Source: Prevotellaceae bacterium
GTDB taxonomy: Bacteria; Bacteroidota; Bacteroidia; Bacteroidales; UBA932
Direction of reading: 5' to 3'
Assembly (NCBI GenBank): GCA_031264875.1
Contig: JAISDK010000117.1
Span: 1-32,568, forward strand
Length of the DNA: 32,568 nucleotides
The stretch's first letter is position 1. Every line of letters starts with the position of its first letter. This document shows, in pieces, positions 27,310 to 32,568 of the stretch. The position numbers were made by a program, and so were the translations under genes. Under the pieces are notes generated by a model that saw only the letters and a list, made by a program, of their open reading frames with translations, searched no databases and was not told where the DNA came from.

Positions 27310-28839
27310 ATGCAAGAAAAAATACTTATAATGGATTTCGGCTCTCAATATACCCAACTGATAGCACGCCGGTTGAGAGAGCTAAACGTATATTGTGAAA
27401 TATATCCGTACAACAGTTTTCCCGAACTTGACCGCTCGGTACGTGGAATAATACTGTCGGGAAGCCCCTGTTCCGTGAACGATTCCGGTTATTTGAAATA
27501 CGACGCGACGAAGTTCAGAGGCGCCGTGCCGGTACTGGGAATATGCTACGGCGCTCAACTTCTGACGCATCTGCAGAACGGAAAAGTACAGGCGTCGGAA
27601 CACAGGGAGTACGGAAGAGCCAGTCTGGAGACAATCGATGCGTCCGACGAGCTGATGAAAGGCATTGATCTGCACTCGCAGGTATGGATGTCGCACGGCG
27701 ATTCAATAACCGTTTTGCCCGAAGGATTTACAGTTGTGGCAACCACGCAGAACATACCCGTTGCAGCCTTTCGCATCGAAAACGAAAGGACATGGGGCAT
27801 ACAGTTTCATCCCGAAGTTACCCACAGCGCCGACGGCGTAACGCTTCTAAGAAACTTTGCAATGAACATCTGCAAATGCTCGGCGGACTGGACTCCCGCA
27901 TCCTTTGTCGAAAACACAGTCGAGACGCTCAGGGAAAAGCTGAAAAACGACAAGGTTGTACTGGCGCTGTCGGGAGGCGTCGATTCGTCGGTTGCCGCCT
28001 TGCTGCTGCACAGGGCAACAGGCGCAAATCTCACCTGCATATTCGTCGATCACGGCTTGTTAAGGAAAAACGAATACAGCGAAGTCATGAATGTTTACAG
28101 AGAAACAGGACTGAACGTAAAGGGTGTAAACGCCTCCGCCCTGTTTTTCGAGGATTTGAAAAACGTTTCCGATCCCGAAGCAAAACGGAAAATCATCGGA
28201 CGCGACTTCATAAAAGTGTTTGAAGAGGAAGCGCACAAATTGAAGGATATCAAATGGCTTGCCCAGGGAACCATCTATCCCGACGTCATCGAATCGGTTT
28301 CGGTCAACGGGCCTTCGGCAACCATTAAATCGCACCACAATGTGGGCGGATTACCCGACACAATGAATCTTAGCTTGATAGAACCGCTGAGGCTGCTGTT
28401 TAAAGACGAAGTCAGGCGGGTGGGAAAAGAACTGGGACTGAATCCCCTGATCCTTAACCGGCATCCCTTCCCCGGACCGGGACTTGCAATCAGGACGCTG
28501 GGCGAAATAACCCCCGAAAAAATCTCGCTCCTGCAGGAAGCCGACGATATTTTCACTAAAAAGCTGCACAGCGCCGGACTGTACCACGAAATATGGCAGT
28601 CGGGAGTAATGCTGCTGCCCGTAAAATCGGTAGGAGTAATGGGCGATGAACGTACATACGAATACACTGCCGCCCTGCGTGCCGTTCACTCTACCGACGG
28701 AATGACAGCCGACTGGGCGCATTTGCCATACGAATTTCTCGCCGAAGTCTCAAACGAAATAATCAACAAAGTGCGCGGCATAAACCGGGTGGTTTACGAC
28801 ATCAGCTCAAAGCCCCCTGCAACAATAGAATGGGAATAA
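27310..28839 (+). CDS. guaA: Glutamine-hydrolysing GMP synthase
   Basis: 509 aa. It has the GATase-1 domain ([11 protein letters not shown]), the ATP-PPase loop SGGVDSSV and the conserved C-terminal KPPATIEWE. Confidence 0.95.
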   Translation: MQEKILIMDFGSQYTQLIARRLRELNVYCEIYPYNSFPELDRSVRGIILSGSPCSVNDSGYLKYDATKFRGAVPVLGICYGAQLLTHLQNGKVQASEHREYGRASLETIDASDELMKGIDLHSQVWMSHGDSITVLPEGFTVVATTQNIPVAAFRIENERTWGIQFHPEVTHSADGVTLLRNFAMNICKCSADWTPASFVENTVETLREKLKNDKVVLALSGGVDSSVAALLLHRATGANLTCIFVDHGLLRKNEYSEVMNVYRETGLNVKGVNASALFFEDLKNVSDPEAKRKIIGRDFIKVFEEEAHKLKDIKWLAQGTIYPDVIESVSVNGPSATIKSHHNVGGLPDTMNLSLIEPLRLLFKDEVRRVGKELGLNPLILNRHPFPGPGLAIRTLGEITPEKISLLQEADDIFTKKLHSAGLYHEIWQSGVMLLPVKSVGVMGDERTYEYTAALRAVHSTDGMTADWAHLPYEFLAEVSNEIINKVRGINRVVYDISSKPPATIEWE

Positions 28840-28844
28840 ACAAA

Positions 28845-31664
28845 ATGAAATTCACAATGAAAAAGCTTTTTTTGCTTGACGCATACTCCTTAATTTTCAG
28901 AGCGCACTATGCCTTTATTCGCAGGCCGATAACCACATCAAAAGGATTTGACACATCGGCGATATTCGGATTTACCAAAAGCCTGCAGGATGTGCTGAAA
29001 AAAGAACATCCAACACATATTGCCGTGGTTTTCGACCCGCCAGGAGGATCGTTCAGATGCAGCATGTACACTGAATACAAGGCCACAAGGCTACAAACCC
29101 CGGAATCAATAATCACCGCCGTTCCAATAATCAAGGAAATTCTGAAAGCCTACAACATCACTGCCGTGGAGATTGAAGGCTATGAAGCCGACGATGTGAT
29201 AGGAACAATGGCAAAACTGGGCGAAAAGGAAGGCTATGCAGTTTACATGATGACGCCCGACAAGGACTACGGCCAGCTCGTGTCATACAATGTCTTCATG
29301 TACAAACCGAAACGGTCGGGCAACGAAGTGGAAATACTTGGGCAGGACGCTATTTGCGAACAGTACGGCATCCAGCGTCCCGAACAGGTCATCGACATTC
29401 TTGCCCTCTGGGGCGATTCCGTCGATAACGTACCCGGAGCGCCCGGAATAGGCGAAAAAACAGCAATGAAGCTGATCGGCAGCTATGGAAGCGTAGAAGA
29501 AATATACCGTAACCTCGACAAGCTGAAAGGCAGGCATAAAGAATCGCTGGAAAAAAACGAGGAACAGGTACGCCTGTCTAAAAAGCTGGTAACCATAGTC
29601 ACCGACATTCCATACGAGTGGAACGACGAAGCCCTGAAACTGAAAGAGGCCGATACCGAACGGCTGAGAGAACTGTTTACCGAATACGAATTTTTCTCGA
29701 TGCTGAGGGAATTAAGTAAAAAACCTGTTTCGCCGGAAGTCAAGGCACAGGAAGCATTCGGCCAGATGTCGCTTTTCGACAGCGCGGCGGCGGACGAAGA
29801 GCAGGCCGAACACGAATCCGAATCCGAACCCCTACCCGACCATAAGACATGCGAAGATACCGAACATACCTATAATATACTGACCGACGACAGGGAAATC
29901 GACTTGCTGATAAAACGTCTGGAATCGGCATCCGAATTTTGTTTCGACACGGAAACCACCGGTCTTGATCCCTTCGACTGCCGGCTCGTGGGAATGTCGT
30001 TTGCCCTTGAACCCCACGAAGCCTGGTACGTTCCCGTATATTCCAACAGTCCCGAAAAAACGCAGGCGCTGGTCGGCAAATTCAAGCCGGTATTTGAAAA
30101 CAGCAGTATTGCAAAATCGGGGCAGAATCTGAAATTTGACATGGAGGTACTTAAAAGTCTTGGCATTGAAGTCAGCGGAGCGCTATACGATTCGATGCTG
30201 ATACACTACCTGCTGAATCCCGATGCACGTCACAACATGGACTATCTCTCGGAAGCATATCTCGACTACACTCCCATTCCGATAGAATCACTGATCGGAA
30301 AACGGGGCGCCAACCAGAGAACCATGGACGTAGTTCCGATAGACAAAATCGGTGAATATGCCGCCGAAGACGCGGACATATCGCTACAGCTCAGGCTGAA
30401 ACTCTTCAAAGCCCTTGAAGAGGAAAACATGCAGGAGCTTTATACCGGAATAGAAGCCCCTCTCATCGGAGTGCTTGCCGATATCGAAGCTGCCGGAGTA
30501 CGCGTGGACACCGAAAGTCTTAGGGAACTGAATACCGTGTTTACCAAAGAACTGGACGCTCTGGAAGTGGACGTGAGAAGCCTCGCCGGAGAACCGGCGC
30601 TGAATATATCTTCGCCAAAGCAGCTTGGAATCGTTCTCTTTGAAAAACTGAAAATTGCAGGCGCCAATGTCAAAAAAACCAAAACAAAACAGTATTCCAC
30701 CGACGAGGAAACACTGGTTTCACTCAGAGACCTGCATCCCATTATAGACAAAATCCTCGAATACCGAAGCCTGAAAAAACTGCTCTCTGCGTATGTCGAA
30801 TCCCTGCCCCTGCTTATAAACCGGTGGACAGGCAAAATACACACTTCATTCAATCAAGCTGTAACAACCACCGGACGGCTGAGTTCCAACAGTCCCAATC
30901 TCCAGAATATCCCTATCCGCGACACAAGGGGACGGAAAATACGGAAAGCATTTATTCCTTCGGACGATGAACATATCCTGCTTTCCGCCGATTATTCGCA
31001 AATAGAACTGAGACTCATGGCACACCTCAGCCGGGACGCCGGAATGATAGAAGCATTTCTGCAAAACGAAGATATACATGCCGCTACGGCCGCAAAAATC
31101 TATCATACCGACATCGACCAGGTGACCAGAGAACAGCGCTCCAAAGCCAAAACTGCAAACTTCGGAATAATCTACGGCATATCTTCATTCGGACTCTCGC
31201 AAAGGCTGAACATATCGCGCACCGAAGCAAAACAGCTGATCGACGGATATTTTGCCTCATACCCGAAAGTCCGGGAATACATGGATGCAACAATACGGCA
31301 GGCGCAGAAAACAGGCTATGCGGAAACACTGTTCGGTCGAAGAAGATATTTACGCGACATAAATTCGGGAAATTCAATGATACGGGGAATGGCCGAGCGA
31401 AACGCCATCAACGCACCGATTCAGGGAACAGCTGCCGATATTATCAAAGTGGCAATGATTGGCATAAACAAAATATTTAAAGAGAAAAAACTGAAAACCG
31501 TCATGATTCTACAGGTTCACGACGAACTTGTGTTTGACGTGTACAAGCCCGAACTGGACGAAGTAAAACAAATTGTGGTAAGCGAAATGCAAAATGCCGC
31601 ACACTTGAGCGTGCCCCTGACTGTAGAATGTGGTACCGGCACCAACTGGCTGGAAGCTCATTGA
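28845..31664 (+). CDS. polA: DNA polymerase I
   Basis: It contains 5'-3' exonuclease, 3'-5' exonuclease (FDTETTGLD) and family-A polymerase motifs (DYSQIELR, KAKTANFGIIYG, QVHDELVFD). The start is ambiguous between 28830, 28845 and 28857. The 28830 option overlaps the end of guaA. Confidence 0.92.
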   Translation: MKFTMKKLFLLDAYSLIFRAHYAFIRRPITTSKGFDTSAIFGFTKSLQDVLKKEHPTHIAVVFDPPGGSFRCSMYTEYKATRLQTPESIITAVPIIKEILKAYNITAVEIEGYEADDVIGTMAKLGEKEGYAVYMMTPDKDYGQLVSYNVFMYKPKRSGNEVEILGQDAICEQYGIQRPEQVIDILALWGDSVDNVPGAPGIGEKTAMKLIGSYGSVEEIYRNLDKLKGRHKESLEKNEEQVRLSKKLVTIVTDIPYEWNDEALKLKEADTERLRELFTEYEFFSMLRELSKKPVSPEVKAQEAFGQMSLFDSAAADEEQAEHESESEPLPDHKTCEDTEHTYNILTDDREIDLLIKRLESASEFCFDTETTGLDPFDCRLVGMSFALEPHEAWYVPVYSNSPEKTQALVGKFKPVFENSSIAKSGQNLKFDMEVLKSLGIEVSGALYDSMLIHYLLNPDARHNMDYLSEAYLDYTPIPIESLIGKRGANQRTMDVVPIDKIGEYAAEDADISLQLRLKLFKALEEENMQELYTGIEAPLIGVLADIEAAGVRVDTESLRELNTVFTKELDALEVDVRSLAGEPALNISSPKQLGIVLFEKLKIAGANVKKTKTKQYSTDEETLVSLRDLHPIIDKILEYRSLKKLLSAYVESLPLLINRWTGKIHTSFNQAVTTTGRLSSNSPNLQNIPIRDTRGRKIRKAFIPSDDEHILLSADYSQIELRLMAHLSRDAGMIEAFLQNEDIHAATAAKIYHTDIDQVTREQRSKAKTANFGIIYGISSFGLSQRLNISRTEAKQLIDGYFASYPKVREYMDATIRQAQKTGYAETLFGRRRYLRDINSGNSMIRGMAERNAINAPIQGTAADIIKVAMIGINKIFKEKKLKTVMILQVHDELVFDVYKPELDEVKQIVVSEMQNAAHLSVPLTVECGTGTNWLEAH

Positions 31665-31718
31665 CAGCGTTAATGGTTAGCGGTTGTCGCCGACAGAAAA
31701 GATATTTACAGAAAAACA

Positions 31719-31754
31719 TTAAGCCGCAAGTATTGTAAAAGACTTGCGGCTTAA
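31719..31754. terminator. Bidirectional hairpin terminator between convergent polA and the radical SAM gene
   Basis: The 13-bp stem ttaagccgcaagt / acttgcggcttaa (31719-31731 / 31742-31754) closes a 10-nt loop. Confidence 0.55.
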
Positions 31755-31757
31755 CTA

Positions 31758-32568
31758 TTAATCGCCAAGCGCTTTTTCGTATTTTTGATTCCTCAGCCAG
31801 GGATCAAATCCGGCCTCCCGTATCGCATCCTGTATTCCTTTGGCATCAAATCTATGGGAAGCCCCTGCTGCCGACACTACATTTTCCTCTATCATAATTG
31901 AGCCGAAATCGTTTGCTCCCGAATGTAAGCATATTTGTGCCGTATCCTTGCCGACGGTCAGCCACGACGCCTGTATATTATTGATATTTACCAGCGCTAT
32001 CCGGCTTATCGCTACCATTCGCACATATTCGGACGGAGAAACAGGCCTGATAACATGCTTTTTGGCCATGCGTGTGCCAGCCGACTGTACAGGCCAGCAA
32101 ATAAAGGCAAGAAATCCACAGGTTCCCGCCGGCCGCTTATCCTGCAAATCCCTGATCAGAAGCAAGTGTTCTATCCTTTCGGACAATGTTTCGATGTGTC
32201 CGAACATCATGGTTGCCGAAGTCGGCAGATTCAAGGCATGTGCCTCGTGCATAACGTCAATCCATGCTTTTACATCCGGTTTACCCGGCGACAATTCCTT
32301 TCTTACTCTGTCGCTTAATATTTCGGCTCCGGCTCCCGGCAAACTGTCCAGTCCCGACTTTACCAGTTCTTCCAAAACAAGCCTGTAGCTTTTTTTCTCT
32401 ATCCGCGCAATATGCGCAATTTCCGGAGGCCCCAATGCGTGAAGTTTCAAATCAGGATATTTTGCCTTTAGCTCCCTGAACAGCGAACAGTAAAATTCAA
32501 GACCGTACCCTGGATGCAGCCCGCCCTGTAACAGCAGCTGGTTTCCACCTCTGCGAAACAGTTCCTCA
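31758..32568 (-). CDS. Radical SAM enzyme of the MqnE/MqnC/CofH family (futalosine-pathway type), 5' end outside the window
   Basis: The reading frame stays open upstream of the listed Met to the window edge (..EELFRRGGNQLLLQGGLHPGYGLEFYCSLFRELKAKYPDLKLHALGPPEI..). The C-terminal part (GANDFGSIMIEENVVSAAG) is typical of the family. I cannot discriminate MqnE from MqnC by eye. Confidence 0.7.
   Translation of the reverse strand, partial: EELFRRGGNQLLLQGGLHPGYGLEFYCSLFRELKAKYPDLKLHALGPPEIAHIARIEKKSYRLVLEELVKSGLDSLPGAGAEILSDRVRKELSPGKPDVKAWIDVMHEAHALNLPTSATMMFGHIETLSERIEHLLLIRDLQDKRPAGTCGFLAFICWPVQSAGTRMAKKHVIRPVSPSEYVRMVAISRIALVNINNIQASWLTVGKDTAQICLHSGANDFGSIMIEENVVSAAGASHRFDAKGIQDAIREAGFDPWLRNQKYEKALGD

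Overview
This is a chromosomal segment that looks Bacteroidota. The lineage evidence is a GldB gliding lipoprotein, the rseC-rnfB-rnfC gene order, and TAnnTTTG(cg) promoter-like boxes 25-100 bp upstream of many starts. Most of the window is housekeeping: the start of the Rnf operon, an M24 Xaa-Pro aminopeptidase, a KpsF/GutQ isomerase, ClpC, an LPG-synthase-type membrane protein, aconitase, a HAD phosphatase, GldB, ATP synthase beta, a DUF151-type nuclease, Tpx, GuaA, PolA and a partial MqnE/MqnC-type radical SAM gene. I saw no tRNA, rRNA, CRISPR array, transposase or integrase. The stand-out region is an accessory block of about 8.3 kb (17.1-25.4 kb) between atpD and the nuclease-tpx-guaA-polA run. 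It holds a divergently transcribed ATPase fused to a PD-(D/E)XK nuclease-like module. Next to it is a tightly packed six-gene operon: an AIM24/TIGR00266 protein, a TerY-like vWA protein with a Cys-rich Zn-ribbon tail, and a PP2C phosphatase with eight near-identical 21-bp (heptad) coding repeats. These are followed by a Hanks-type kinase with a Zn-ribbon and beta-rich tail, a HAD hydrolase with an atypical DxW motif I, and a phosphoribosyltransferase. This is a TerY-P phosphorylation triad joined to a small nucleotide/PRPP enzyme pair and an AIM24 protein, with none of the classical Ter membrane or stress genes. I consider it the best candidate for an uncharacterised conflict or signalling system. 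There are also non-coding oddities. One is a hairpin-rich composite palindromic repeat family, with copies at 1-430 and 4878-5305 and a degenerate piece at about 13110-13218. Another is an array of nine ATTGC-N2-GCAAT palindromes at exact 21-bp spacing (13383-13571). A probable relic of an FtsX-type permease C-terminus lies next to that array.
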